Below, piece after piece: positions 1-13,979 of a DNA stretch of 64,000 nucleotides. The stretch lies in the NCBI RefSeq assembly GCF_009914755.1, contig NC_060936.1; one strand, 5' to 3'. Under the pieces are notes generated by a model. That model was not told the DNA's origin and ran no database searches. It saw nothing but the letters and a program-made list of their open reading frames with translations. This DNA comes from the human T2T-CHM13v2.0 reference genome, Homo sapiens. Position 1 is the stretch's first letter. Each line of letters begins with the position of its first letter. The translations under genes were made by a program, and so were the position numbers.

Positions 1-149
1 ATGTTGCTAAAACTCTATTACTGGCAACAATTTACCTGACTATATTGGCTTTATTAAGACATTAGCTTCTTTTTATTGCTTAGCATTATATCAGGCCGGG
101 AGTAGAAAAGTTCTCATCATTTAGAGCACTTTTCCTGCAATCAATCAAC

Positions 150-330
150 CCGAGTTCCAGGACTGAGTTCCAATCCTGTCATTTGCTGTCATGTTCTGTT
201 GGTTTGACTTTGATGAATCACTAATTTTCTTAGCATCCACTAATTGTTCTTAGCATCCACTTTGCCATCTGTAAAATGAGAACAAGATTAAAACTATCTT
301 TAAGGCTTGTGGTAAATACTGAAGAGAGTG
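150..330 (+). mobile_element. MIR SINE fragment (degenerate)
   Basis: MIR core-like 'gagttccaatcctg...tttgccatctgtaaaatgag'; boundaries approximate. Confidence 0.55.
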
Positions 331-520
331 AATCTGAAAGCCCTCTGTAAACTCTTAAAAAATAAAAACCTACATATGTACAGCAAGATATTACTATTAC
401 CACATGTTCAAACCTTAAGCCCATACTATTTGTGATCAAACAGAGGTTACCATTTTTTTTTCCTGTTTACTTCTAAGATAAAATTCTGTTTGCAGTAGGT
501 TCAATAATGGCTTACTTAAT

Positions 521-963
521 CAACAATGGTTGAATTATGTTGAATCAAAAAGATATGTCGTTATATTCCCTAGGACTTGCGAATGTGACTTTATTTGAAA
601 TAACATGTTTGTAGATGTAATTAAGGATCTTGAGATGAAATGATTCCAGATCTAAGTTGAACAGCAAATCCAAGGATTGGTGTCCTTATGAGAGTAAGGC
701 AGGCAGAGAATGAAGACACAGAGAGACAAAAGCAGAGACTGGAGTTATGCAGCCCTAAACCAAAGAACACCAAGCATTGAGGCAGGCACCAGAGGTCAAA
801 GAACAACATAGGGTGGATTTTCCCTCAGAGCCTCAGAAGGAACTAACTCTAAAAACACCTTGATTTTAAACTTCTAGTCTCCAGAACAGAGAAAGAATCA
901 GTTTCTGTTGTTTTAAGCTACCTAGTTTGTGGTAATTTGTTATGGCAGCCCTAGGAAACTAAT
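521..963 (+). mobile_element. MLT1 (MLT1C/D-like) ERVL-MaLR solo LTR
   Basis: MLT1 motifs 'gaatgtgactttatttgaaa', 'gtgtccttatgagag', 'ccctcagagcctcagaaggaac' and 3' end 'ttgtggtaatttgttatggcagccctaggaaactaat'. Confidence 0.85.
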
Positions 964-2109
964 GGAATGACAACTGGGGCGTTGTGTGAAAAACTAGTTT
1001 ACTGAACATACTCTGCATTCAGAGTTAACAATTAAGAAAAAAAATGGCTCCAAAATGCTTTTGAAGTATTTTCACATTTAAATTGAAGGATGTGAACCTG
1101 TTTGGCAAGTTTTCACTGAGGAGAAATAATGAAATTTGAATATTAAAATTTGTTCCCCTTTCAAAATATCAAGTAGGATGAGCTTCAGTTCTAAAAGTTA
1201 CATTTCATGTTTGAAATACTAAGTTATATTCCATTGTTGAAGTTTAGGCAAAAATTATTTAGAGAAATTTAAGTTTCTTTTCAACTCCTTCTGGTGTAAA
1301 CAATACATATGTTCATAGGTATATTTTGGTATGCATATAGATTCCAAACATTATATTTGTTTTATTTACTTGGCACTGTATTATTTACAAAAAGAATTTT
1401 GAAAGCTACATCTTTAGATTATACTATTTTAACAATATATTTATTAATATAATATGTTAAATATTTAAAATACTTGATACATATTTATGAGCATAAAATA
1501 TGACCTACTAATGTTTCTTAATATAAAACTTAAATTTTCTGATAAAATGAATCAGAAAAATATTTCTTACATCTTCAACAGTAAGTCATGTTCCTGATTC
1601 TGTCTTCAGTCTTGAAAGAACTGACACATTAATTAGATGGCAAAAGTAAGGAGAGATCAGCTCTTTTATAGTTTGCTTTTTCTTTTCTTTTCTTTTTAAC
1701 TTGGATTGGCAGTTCTTGCCAACCTCATCTCATTTAGTTTTACCTGCTTACTAAATTAGGGAGAGTGGGGGTAAGAGTGGTCCAGAAAGATAGTCTGCAA
1801 TCAGTCAGCAAAAAGCACTACAAAAGTTTTCTTTCTATTCTTCTGGATAGAGGAGGAATTGTGACCTGAACCATTATATAAGGAAAAAAAGATACTCAAA
1901 AATTCCTGGAAATGGATTTGTTTGAATCTTGTCAACTCGAAGTAGTTTTCTGGAAGATACCCAGGCCTGTGATTGAGCCTCACCTCTGCTTGTGGTTACC
2001 AAGAAGGATTAGGCCAGGGTTTCTTAATCTTTTCTGTTCCATGTACTTCTTTGGCAGTTTAGGGAGGTCTTTGGATCCTGTTAATGAATTATGGCATTTT
2101 TTTTTCTCT

Positions 2110-2320
2110 TTGCTTGTTTTTAACATTTTATTTTGAAATAATTATAGGCTTACAAAAGTTGCAAAAACAATACATAGGGTGTGCCTGTCTATCACCCAGC
2201 TTCCCTCAGTGTTGTCATTTTATGTAACTATGGCAATTAGCATTGATACAATACTGTTAACTAGATTATAGAACTTATTCAGTTGTCATCTTTTACATGT
2301 AATTATTTGGTTGTATGTGC
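2110..2320 (-). mobile_element. Old L1 (L1MC/L1MB-like) 3' UTR fragment
   Basis: 'ttttattttgaaataattataggcttacaaaagttgcaaaaac...cacccagcttccc' resembles an antisense L1MC 3' end. Confidence 0.6.
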
Positions 2321-2725
2321 ATCTTTCAGTATTGGTGAGATTATTGACTTGGAATTTTCTGTCTCATTCTACATTTCTCGTATCAGATCTATATTTATCC
2401 TGTAGCTATGTCTTATGACCTATATTATCATAATATCTTCCTAATATCAGCTCTGTAGTTATTTCAGATCTGTAAACACTGATAAAAATTCATTGATGAT
2501 AAAATGATGGTAGAAACTTAAAAAATGAAAGCACAGATCAAATATTCAGTGCATCTGTATTTTTGGAATGCTTGGTGTAGGTACAAAGAGCTTTTTGCTA
2601 GGAAAAGGAGATTCTCTGCCAAAGAAGGAAAATGCAGTTCTCATGGCAAAATGCATTAGAAATAACTTACCTCAAATAGAGGATAATACCATATTTATTG
2701 CAAGAATCTATCATTCTTTTCATGA

Positions 2726-3048
<323 letters not shown>

Positions 3049-4799
3049 TGATACTTAGAAGTTTTGAAGTAAAAGAATATTGTGATTGAAGACTTGAATT
3101 TCATTTCAAATTTTGGCTCTATGGCCTTAGGTAAATCACTTAACCTTTTGAAGTCTCAGTGCACAGGACTGTAAAAGAGGAAATCCGGTATTCTTCAGGG
3201 TATTTTCAAGTCTAAAACGCTATGAACACAAAATAATTTTTTCATAGTCTATGACAAGAGTCTTCATCAAAACTCTTAAAGAAGTAACTTTTTCTTTGAA
3301 GGATTCTCCAGTCCTTTTGTATAGTGCCACCTTAAATTAGCTCTCACTGGATTTCTAGTTGGTTCTGCATCCATTCTTTAAGTGGCCCACCATTTTATCC
3401 TATTATCTCGTTTGCCTATTTTTGAAGCATGATGTGCTTTTAACAAGTATTTCCCAAATATATTTGATTACAGAACCTCCCACCTACTTCTAACCAAAAC
3501 TTCTAAGCAAGCCACCTTGGGGAACACTGTCCTCAGTCTTTATCCTCTAGCACCAGAACATTTTTATTTCATATCCCTATCCCACTCAGCCTCCATTTAC
3601 AGAAGATATTTGATAAACCTATTTCTTTTAGTCTGATATGGGGAAAGGGTGCCAATGCTTCTGCTTACAGTTAACTTATTTGATTAAAAAATATATGCTC
3701 TCTAAAGAAAGTATAATAGAGCAACTTGTTTTTCATAATTGGTATTCTATGTAATGTGATCTGCAGGATTTTGATTAGATAAGTTCCAGCTTCCTTCACA
3801 TCATGTAAGAGAGTCTGTTGGTAGATCATCTATGTTATCCTACCATTTTTATTTATCATATTGATATTTTTGCTATGTAGCTATCATCTTAGGAAACATT
3901 TTACTCTCATTTTTGACATTTAAAAAATCTGATTCCATTACATTTTGTTAACTAACAAAAATCTGTTCTTTTGTCTTTGTAGAACAAATTAGACATTTTT
4001 ATAAGGGCAATTCTTATTCCCTTTCTTTGCTTTCCAATAGCTAGTTTTGTCACTTAACATTGGTGACATGCCTGACTTCGGCTTGAGCTGCTTCTTCCAC
4101 ATTTGGCCTAACACTTTTGAGTCTTCCATCCGGTAGATTTATCTGACATCTATCATAGTGGCCTCCTGACAGCACCTTTACAACACTATTACTGTAAAAC
4201 TCAATTATATATACTTTATATCCTATCATTCTTACAACTATAACAATCTTCTAAAAATTTGACTTTCTAGCCTCAGCATAGACACTCTGGATCCTGATAG
4301 AAAACACTATAATTGTTGTGTCAACTAGAACATACATAAGATTGTCATCAACTCTGTAGCTATAAGACAACTCATATTGATCTGACACTTTATCTTTCCT
4401 CCATCATCTCCCTAGTTTCTCAAACCCTTCTGAGACCTACACGTGGTGACTAGCATTATTGCTTACAACCTCTTGGAGGCATAGAAAGATTAAGTGGCTC
4501 ATGAATCACTCAGCAAACCTGGAACTCATTAATTCTCCTGTGTTCTAAACAAAAAGTCTTAACTGTGCTATCTTTATACTATCACACCTCATATGAGACA
4601 AGTCATGCTTCATGTATGAGAATAAATTTCAGGTCCTAAAACACTCATGCCTTCTCAAAGCTATATGCCCTACAATTACAACTCCAGCAAAGCAGTATCT
4701 TTAAGCCTCTGCTCAAAGTCTGCCAATGGGGCCACATCTATTTTTCAGATTATTACTTTAACTCCTTACATCATCTTCCTACCTCTACCTTAACTTATT

Positions 4800-5222
4800 T
4801 GTTGACTACTTTACCCTCACACAATCTACTGTCACTCCACTGGCTTCCTTGAGGTTCTTTAAACATGCCAGGCATAGTCCAAACTCAAGGCCATTGTACT
4901 GGCTGTTTTCTCTGCCTGGGTCTTTTTTTTTTTTTTTTTTCCAAGATTTTTGGTCTTCAGATATTCAAATGTCATCTTCTCAATGAAGCCAGTCTTGACT
5001 ATTTCCTTTAAAATCATAACAACTGTTCCCCCACTTTAATTCTCTATGCCTTCCTTTTGTTCATAGCACATGTCATCTTTAATATGCTGTTATTTACTTG
5101 TTATGCTTGTTATGCATCATCTGTTTCCGTCAACTAGAAGGTAAGCTTCTCAATTGTAGGAATTGTCTGTTTTGTTTGTTGCTGTATCCACAGCACAATA
5201 AATATCAGTTGAATTAATGAAT
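4800..5222 (+). mobile_element. L2 (L2a-like) 3' end
   Basis: 'ctggcttccttgaggttctttaaacatgccaggc', 'aaatgtcatcttctcaatgaag' and terminal 'aataaatatcagttgaattaatgaat'. Confidence 0.75.
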
Positions 5223-7602
5223 ATACATTCTGCCAGTCTCTCTATAGGTTTGCAGACACCAACTATCCCTTCAAACTAGGCATTAGGATATTGTCTGTCT
5301 TTCCTAATGGAGAAGGTTAATAATCCTAGGGCTCCCTCAGAGGAAAAGGTGGCAGAACAATAGGCTCACTTTTGCACCTGGAGGGTAATCCAATTAAAAA
5401 ACCCACCATATTCTAGAATAGAATATAGTTTAATAAAACATTTTGAAAATAAAAGCTTCCTGGTCAGCATTACTTTTATCAGCTGATATGTCTCTATAAT
5501 GTAGCTCTTCTTTTCAGCTTTGAAATTGTAAAATACTCTTCCCTGGCTACAAGTCTGAGAAAAATAGTATCTAATTGCTATTTCTCTTTAGAGTGATCAA
5601 GCTACAGGGAAATTCACTTGTTAGCATTCTACTTTTACATTACTCTATAACTAGAAATGTTTTTAATTTACAGGGCTATTTTACAAATGTCTTTCTCTCA
5701 TTAGATATATTAATATATATGTATATTCATTTGGTATATGTGCGTGCGTGTCTGTGTGTTTTTGGTGAATTTGTGATTTAAAACTTTAGTGTTTGTTTCA
5801 GTGCCTGGGAGAATGTTTTAATTGTTTTCCTCCTAAAAGGATGCAAACTGTGTTCAGAGAGGTGGTGCCTCACTTATTCTACAAGATGCAGTGTTCAGGG
5901 TCTACTAACCATCATAGAATAGGATTTCTGATCAACCCGGAGAGTGATTACTTCACAACAGGTGGGATATATTTTAAGGCCTCTTTGCTTCTTTTTTGGA
6001 GTTGAAGAAGAGTGGGTAAAAAAAGATGGCCCCTTAGATGTTATCTGAACAAGCTCAATCTAAAAGATTTCTCCATTTTATCATTTTATTTCCTTAAAAC
6101 ATCGGCTGGACACAAAGGGAACTTCATTTGGTGCAAATTGCCTAGAGAAGATGTTAATTGAGGACAGTGGTATTGTGTAGCAGTTCACTGGCTCTATCAG
6201 AGGTTCAAATTTGTTGATTTACTTGGAAAATTAGAAATGGGAAGGTTGGTTTTTGGATAAGCACTTTTCAGGATTTGCGTTGAGCACTGAAAATGGAAGC
6301 AAGGAAGTCAAAGAATAAGTAGAGGACAAAAGATATAGACATATCTCAGGAAAACTATCTGGTTACAAGTGACTTGCTAATTTTCTGAGTACTATCTTTG
6401 TGTTCTTCCTGAAGTCTATTATCAAGTAAACAAAATGGGAACTGACTCATTCTGGTGTTTCATAAAGCTTAAGAACAAATCTCTCTCTTCCCTTCTCTCT
6501 CACTTCCTCCTGTTATAGACCACAGGCTTTTGGTCACACTCCTTCTCTTTCTTTTTTGTAAGCTAACAAGAAAATTGACTTTATTTCAAGATGTAGAGTC
6601 AAGTGGAGTAACAGCACTCTCTGAGATAAGCATTAGGTGTTCTTTCAGGCTGTTTCACAGTACATCTCATTTTCTTGAAAAGTCAGGTTAAATTAGCTAA
6701 ATAACAATAAGGGGAATGCCCTCAGTTTGAAAGTCAATTGTAGTGATCCTGAAGCATTTTTACAAGGGTAATGAATTAGGAGAGATGTTGGATTTACTCC
6801 CTAAAACATCACATTGTTTTTACAAAATAGACTTTGTAAAAGTCTGGTGTGCTGGGCTAACAAATACGCCTTCTTGTGAGTTTCTATATGAGCAATATGA
6901 GATGACCATACTCAGGGGTTATGTGGAGGGAGGGAGTTAGAAAGGCTTGGGAGAGGGCAATCCTTTCCTATGGTGCCTGAAAATAAACACGATTCTTTGT
7001 TTTTGAGTAAGGACTGGCAGAGCTGTTTTGTGGAGTTCAGATAGTAGACTTTTTAGGCTTTACTGGTCTTATTGTTAGAGGTGGTGAGTATCCGAGCTAC
7101 TAGCAGCGAATCCGTAGGGGTCTGCAGCAACCTCAATTCTTGTCTCCTCAGAAGAAAGAATTTGACTGTGGGGCATAAGGCAGAAAAAGAGATGGAGCCA
7201 AGTTTTAGAGTAGGAGTGAAAGTTTATTAAAAAGCTTTAGAGCAGGAATGAAAAGAAAAGTAGAGTACACCTGGAAGAGGGCCAAGAAGGCATCTTGGAG
7301 TACAAGTGTGGGGTTTGACCTTTGACTTGGGGTTTTATATGCTGGCATACTTCCAGAATCTCGCATCCCATTTCCCTTGATTATTCCCTTAGTGTGAGCT
7401 GCTCGCATGTGTGGTGGCCAGCTAGCACTTGGGAAGTGAGCATGTGCAGTGTGTTTACTGGAGTTGTATGGATGCTCACCTGAGCCATTCTCCCCTTTTC
7501 CAGTGGAATGCCCCCAGAAGCTCATATACCAGTTAAACTTTGCCATTTTGCTTCTTAATGGCATGCTCGAGCCCACTTGCCCAATTCCTGAGATCTTACT
7601 GG

Positions 7603-8338
7603 TGAGAGAAAGGACTAGCTGGATTTCCTAGGCCAACTAAGAATCCCTAAGCCTAGCTGGGAAGGTGACCACATCCACCTTTAAACATGGGGCTTGCAAC
7701 TTAGCTCACACCCGACCAATCAGGTAGGAAAGAGAGCTCACTAAAATGCTAATTAGGCAAAAACTGGAGGTAAAGGAATAGCCAATCACCTGTTGCCTGA
7801 GAGCACAGCGGGAGGGACAATTATCAGGATATAAACCCAAGCATTCGAGCTGGCAACGGTAACCCCCTTTGGGTCCCCTCCCTTTGTATGGGAGCTCTAT
7901 CTTCACTCTATTAAATCTTGCAACTGTACTCTTCTGGTCCGTGTTTGTTACGCTTGAGCTGAGCTTTCGCTCGCCATCCACCACTGCGTCGCAGACTTCC
8001 ATCACTCCAGATCTGGAAGGGTGTCCACTGTGCTCTTGATCCAGCAAGGCGCCCATTGCCGCTCCAGATGGGGCTAAAGGCTTGCCATTGTTCCTGCATG
8101 ACTAAGCGCCCAGGTTCGTCCTAATCGAGCTGAACACTAGTCACTGGGTTCCACAGTTCTCTTCCGTGACCCACGGCTTCTAATAGAGCTATAACACTCA
8201 CCACATGGCCCAAGATTCCATTCCTTGGAATCCGTGAGGCCAAGAACCCCCAGGTCACAGAACATGAGGCTTGCCACCATCTTGGAAGCAGCCCGCCACC
8301 ATCTTGGGAACTCTGTGAGAAAGGACCCTGTGGTAACA
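7603..8338 (+). mobile_element. Complete HERV-W solo LTR (LTR17), 736 bp, 4 bp TSD CTGG
   Basis: Begins TGAGAGAAAGGACTAGCTGGATTTCCTAGG and ends TGGTAACA; CTGG at 7599-7602 and 8339-8342. Confidence 0.95.
7716..7915 (+). promoter_or_regulatory. LTR17 U3/R core promoter and polyA motifs
   Basis: CCAAT 7716-7720 and 7782-7786, octamer-like ATGCTAAT 7746-7753, TATAAA 7830-7835, ATTAAA 7910-7915; activity not shown. Confidence 0.7.
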
Positions 8339-8429
8339 CTGGGAAAGCTGTTGATCACCAGTTTCAGGTGTTTTGATCCATTGGGAAACTGCCATTCCCT
8401 GATGGTGGCTGTGACCAAATTTATTTGAA

Positions 8430-8637
8430 ATATCAATCAGAAAAAAGAAACAAAAATTAATATAGTACTAGATTAATATAAATAGAGAGTTTATTTGGGC
8501 CAAGTTTGAGGACTGCAACCCGTGAGACATAGATTCAAGTTGCCCTGGATATATATGCTCCATAGTAGCAGTTACAAGTGGCTTTATAGGGGAAAAAGTT
8601 TTTAAGTTGATGTAAGCTATTGACTATTGTATTAGCT
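8430..8637 (-). mobile_element. ERV1 (MER4-group) LTR fragment, subfamily unassigned
   Basis: 'gagagtttatttgggccaagtttgaggactgcaacccg...atagattcaagttgccctg' (antisense AATAAA plus U5-like sequence). Confidence 0.55.
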
Positions 8638-9447
<810 letters not shown>

Positions 9448-9449
9448 GC

Positions 9450-9759
9450 AGCAATAGGTTTGGACAAAGGGGATATGATTTAATGGTAATAAATGGGGAA
9501 ATCTTAGGAAGCCCCATTTGTTTTGATTATTCTGTTTCCCTATATCTTCAGAGATGAGGATGCTCCTTTCCTACAGATGTAGAACAGGTACCTCTAAGGG
9601 TCTTACTGTTTCAAGTGAAGGTCAGAAAATCCTTCCTAGATTTTATGACCTGCTTCAGGGGAGAAGGACAAGGGAAGGAGAGAGTAATCTTTTTGCTTCT
9701 GCTATTTTCTCAAATGTCACAGTGCCATAGTTTGAGGTAGTGCATCCTGAAACTCATCA
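9450..9759 (-). mobile_element. MER31-like ERV1 LTR (5' part)
   Basis: Reverse complement begins TGATGAGTTTCAGGATGCACTACCTC; 'ttatgacctgcttcaggggagaagg', 'ttgcttctgctattttctcaaatg'. Confidence 0.7.
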
Positions 9760-9794
9760 CTTTCAATAGAACATTTGATGGTCACTGGATTTTT

Positions 9795-9931
9795 TGTTTC
9801 ATATCATTCTCATATGTCATGAAAAACTCTTCATTTTAAAAAAATTATTCAAAAATGCACAAACTATTCTTAGCTTTTGGACTCTATAAAACCCAAAATT
9901 TAGACAACAGACCATAGTTTGCTGACCCTTG
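9795..9931 (+). mobile_element. MER58B-like hAT-Charlie DNA transposon fragment
   Basis: 'aaactattcttagct...ccatagtttgctgacccttg' matches the MER58 terminus. Confidence 0.7.
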
Positions 9932-10029
9932 TTTTAAACCTACAAACTGATATATGCCAAGGCTAGTGAATTTTATCAACGCACTTTTACACCTGGTCTA
10001 AAGTGGACTTTTTTGGGTTTTAGAAACGT

Positions 10030-10300
10030 CAAATTTATTAAAATATTTGATTTATACTATGTGTAATAGTCACTGTGGCTAGACTATAAGTAAATGTGAT
10101 CCTAGTCCCAAAGGATTTATCAGTCTCTAGTAGGAGACAGATACCTAAACAATTAAATATAATTCTCCACTGAAACAAAAGTTAAGTATAAAGTATATGT
10201 AGAAACTTAGATTCAAGAGTGATTAATTTTAACTGAGAAGAATGGAGGACTCTGGAGACACTTCACAGAGTTAATGAGATTGAGCAAGACCTTGCAGGAC
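10030..10300 (-). mobile_element. L2 fragment
   Basis: 'tactatgtgtaatagtcactgtg...tctagtaggagacagata...cttcacagag'. Confidence 0.55.
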
Positions 10301-10644
10301 TGGCAAATGAATGAATGATTTCTACCCACTAGACTGATTTGTTTATAGCTGTAGCCTCTAATATTCCATAGTTAAGGCAGCATTTGGAGCTTTAATATTA
10401 GTTTCAATTTATCTGCAACAATTGGATTGTTTTTCTTGGTGTGCATTTTATAGAATAAGCTATATTTTCCTGCTCATACAGGATACAACACCAAAACCTT
10501 CCTGAAACCAGATAAAATGTTAACTCTCCTTGACAGAAATCAATTAGAACATCAAATGGGTAATTGTTTATATTCTGAAAAGCAGCGTAAACTATAATGG
10601 AAAGAATAAAAAAAGCTAAAAATAAAATTGCAGAGGCAGTTTCT

Positions 10645-11235
10645 TCATTCAGTCATTTATTCAGTCAAATACTTATCGTGATAAATGCCTAATAGGTGCC
10701 AGTGACGATTATGAATGATGGAGATATAGTAGTAAATAGAAAAATTTCATGAGTATGTTCTAGGATAAGACCAATAATAACATCAAAATACTAAGAAAGA
10801 ATAAAAGGTGCTCTGAGAATTAAAAAATAATAACCATGGAAACGGGGTAGAGATGAGCTGGAAGCAGAACATCTTTGATAAGAGAGCCAGAGAAGGCTTT
10901 CTTGAGATGATATTTTATCTGAGATTTCAATGGATTTAAGAACTCAGCTATGAGCAAACTTGGGGCCAGAGAATTCTGAGCCAAAGTAACATTAGATTCA
11001 AGGGAAGGTGCTTGGTAGTATCTTCCACAAACAGGAAGAGGGACCTGCTTAGAGAAATACATTTACTGAAAGATGGTTATAACCTGAAGTGGAAGATAAT
11101 ATTAATCTTTAATGGTATATTAAGTAGTTTTGATGTTATTTTCATTGCATTGGGAAGCTATTGAAGTGTTTCATGCAGTAAAGTGATATCTGATTTATAA
11201 TTTTTAAAATCTGCTGTTGTGTAGAAAATGAAATG
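10645..11235 (-). mobile_element. L2 fragment including the 3' terminus
   Basis: 'ttcattcagtcatttattcagtcaaatactt', 'gaaggctttcttgagatga', 'tgggaagctattgaagtgtttc'. Confidence 0.7.
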
Positions 11236-11249
11236 TAGTGGAACAAAAG

Positions 11250-11890
11250 CAAAAGTCTCTTGCAGGTGACAATTACTTCCCATTACAGTGAAAATGCCTT
11301 ATACCAATTGTCTGCAGTAAGAATGGTCATAATTTTTATGCTTGTAAATCATTCTAAATGTTTTCTTGAATTTTTGAATAGACAGAATTGGCTAGCTTAC
11401 AAATAAATGTGCTTATTGGCAAATGGACCAATTTGTACATATGGGCCATTAACATTTATAAGAATATGGGCCTACATCTATCATAACTAAAACCTCACCG
11501 AAATGTATATTGAAGTCTATTACCAAGATTCTAGTCAGTGTCTGATTTTAAGATATTTGTTGTATATCTTCTTTAATAAGCAATTTTGCTAAAGAGCGAT
11601 ATATTCCTACCCTTAAGAGTGTGGTCTACCTTTTTTAAAAAAACCATCTTAAATTTTCACAAATTTTGTGAAATCTTTCTGAATCTTCTGCTTTTGTCCA
11701 TGTTGCTGGCAAATGCCCTGATTCTTTTCTTAATGAATGAAACATTTAGCTGGCCAGCTGGTCCATTTCCAGTAGCATCTTTTGCTATGATGAGTGTCAT
11801 TTCCATGCTCTCTCACCACAATTAAAGTTGTTTTGACAGTCCTCTTTAGCCATGTTCAGGTTTTTTCATAAGCCCTGCTCTTACAATCTC
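11250..11890 (-). mobile_element. Putative hAT-Charlie/Buster transposase remnant
   Basis: Minus-strand translation 11770-11693 GNGPAGQLNVSFIKKRIRAFASNMDK resembles the Charlie/ZBED5 'G..A.KL..VPLS..TI.RRI..LA.DME' block; very decayed. Confidence 0.4.
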
Positions 11891-11947
11891 TACTAGCTTT
11901 TAAGTGTGTCGTGTGGTTAGTAAATGTTTGGATCAATGATTCCAGAA

Positions 11948-12100
11948 GTTATAATAGCTAGTATGTGTGGTGTGCTTATTAAAAGTCTAACAACCTATTG
12001 AGGGAATTACTCTTATTTTCCATCCTTATAGATGAGGAAACTGAGGCTCAGAAATATAACTTTCCCAAAGTCTCACAACTAGTAAACTGATGGAACAGAT
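11948..12100 (-). mobile_element. MIR
   Basis: 'ttatagatgaggaaactgaggctcaga...cccaaagtctcacaactagtaa'. Confidence 0.85.
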
Positions 12101-12228
12101 ATCCACCCCTCTCTACCTCTTTGGCCACATCTTCAGTTATATTCCCTTTAGACTTGAGGCTTCCTCAGAGCTGGGCCATGCAAAGTTCCCTGAACACACC
12201 TCTGGTTCATACTTTTGTGCCTTAGAAC

Positions 12229-12925
12229 CAAGGCACATTTTATGTGCATGCAACCTGTGCAGTTGCACAGATCTCACACATATGAGAGCCTTGCACTTGA
12301 TTGAATGCTGTGCTATAGTGATCTGGAAGTTCTTAATAGTTTTATCTTTGAACATATGTTTTAATAATGAAGTTCAAAGGAACAAAGGATCGTGAGCAGG
12401 AAGGATAAATAAAGTATGTGTGCCCAACTTTGCTTGCAACTCCATTTGCCTACAGGGCAAATAGATACTTTCCTATATTAGCTAACCACATTGGCTAAAA
12501 ATTATGATGTAGAAGAAAAGGGAAAGATAGGGCCCCTAATTCCTTTTTCTTTCATTCCTTTATTTTTCTTCATTTAGCCTGAATACAGTGTTGGTAGAAT
12601 GTGTGTGTATCAAGAAGTAAAATAAAAACAGATGAGTTAGGTTTTTGCAACATTTCCATTGTTCTGATAAGAGTACAGAATATATATGCACATATGATTT
12701 GAGAAATACAAATTATGTAATTCAGGGACACCCTACATGAGTTAAATGCTCTTACATGTACATTTAAAATTTGTATTGCTGTAAAGATGAGTGATATAAC
12801 TCATCCTCATAATTTAAAATATTATTATTATTTGCTTAGAACAACATTAAATGACAAATAATAAACATCATGGTAAGTTGAGGGAAAGACCCTGGAAGAA
12901 AAAAAAAAAGCCCTGTGCTTTAGGC
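12229..12925 (+). mobile_element. MER97-like hAT-Tip100 DNA transposon (internally deleted)
   Basis: 'gcaacctgtgcagttgcacag', 'aaagggaaagataggg', 'gtgttggtagaatgtgtgtgtatcaagaag', 'gagttaaatgctctt'. Confidence 0.75.
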
Positions 12926-13979
12926 AATGTTCCTATATTGTGTTTGCCTTTCTATCTTTCCTACTAACTATAATGTGCTTGTAGATAGATACTGTGTTTC
13001 CCAGTCATTATTTATTCATTTAAAAATACAACTGAGTGTCTACTCTATGCCAGCCAGTAAGCTTTATTTATTTTCATTCCTAGGAATAAGCAATGTGTGA
13101 AAAGAAATAGATGATAAATAAATATTTTGTAGGCAACCAAATGGATGAAATAAATAGGAGTCATAAATGTAGCTGAGTGAAATCTAATCATTATCATGGC
13201 TTTGAGTGGAAAGAATAAACCTAAAATACAGAAATATATTTACCCATAATGATTTTAATCAGTTTATCTGTACTTTTTAGTTCACTGTCAGAGATTCAAA
13301 GAGGCTTCTGGATGAGTTACCTCAGAGTTATCCACAAGTCATCAAGTGGCAAACTTGGAAGAGTGATGGTAGAATATTGGATGACAGTGTCTACTAGCAG
13401 AGAAGTAAGACTTTCTGCTTTTCAGCTCCACTGAGCTGGATATGGACAAAGTGCTAATGAGAGCAAAATACCCAAGAAGTTACTAATGAGTAATAAGGGG
13501 AACAAAATTGTTATTAAAAAATGTCCTTAAAAAATCCTGGAGCAAAACATCAGGCAGTGGAACACGGCTTGAAATGCTGTGATGGAGAACAACAGCGTAT
13601 ATGGTAAGCCATATGCATGATCAGAACAGGGACAATTTTTTGTTCATTTTTGTTTTTCAGATCAAAATGTCTAACAGTAGATGTAAAGTGGATGCAATGT
13701 CTGTATCCAACAGACATTATGTGGCTTTGAATTTAGGCACTGTAATTATAACCTAGAAGACTCTGTAAGAGTCTTCATGGGAAAATCATCACAGGAAGAA
13801 GAGAAACAAGTTGCAGCAAAAGTCACAGTGGGGTAGCTGATGAGTCTACAGTGATGCTTATGACTGACTGGGGAATCTCTAGTGTGTATTGCTAAAATGT
13901 TTACCTGTATCCTGATGTCAAAGAAGGAGTTAATAAAGAGCTTTGAATAGGATAATTAAAGGATTATCTTAGCCAAAGG

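Larger units (their letters stand above)
7073..8426 (-). mobile_element. MER50-like ERV1 LTR split by LTR17 (pieces 7073-7602 and 8343-8426); its 5' end is missing
   Basis: 'gaatccgtaggggtctgcagcaacctcaattcttgtctcctcagaagaaagaatttgactg'; the sequence reads continuously across the LTR17 ('gagatcttactgg' / 'gaaagctgttgatcaccagtttcagg'); subfamily from memory of consensus. Confidence 0.75.

Noticed and set aside
7205-8436. Several 60-123 aa ORFs
   Set aside because: Chance frames within MER50-like and LTR17 LTR sequence.
13440-13870. Possible RTE/CR1-type ancient LINE fragment
   Set aside because: Similarity is too faint to support by eye.
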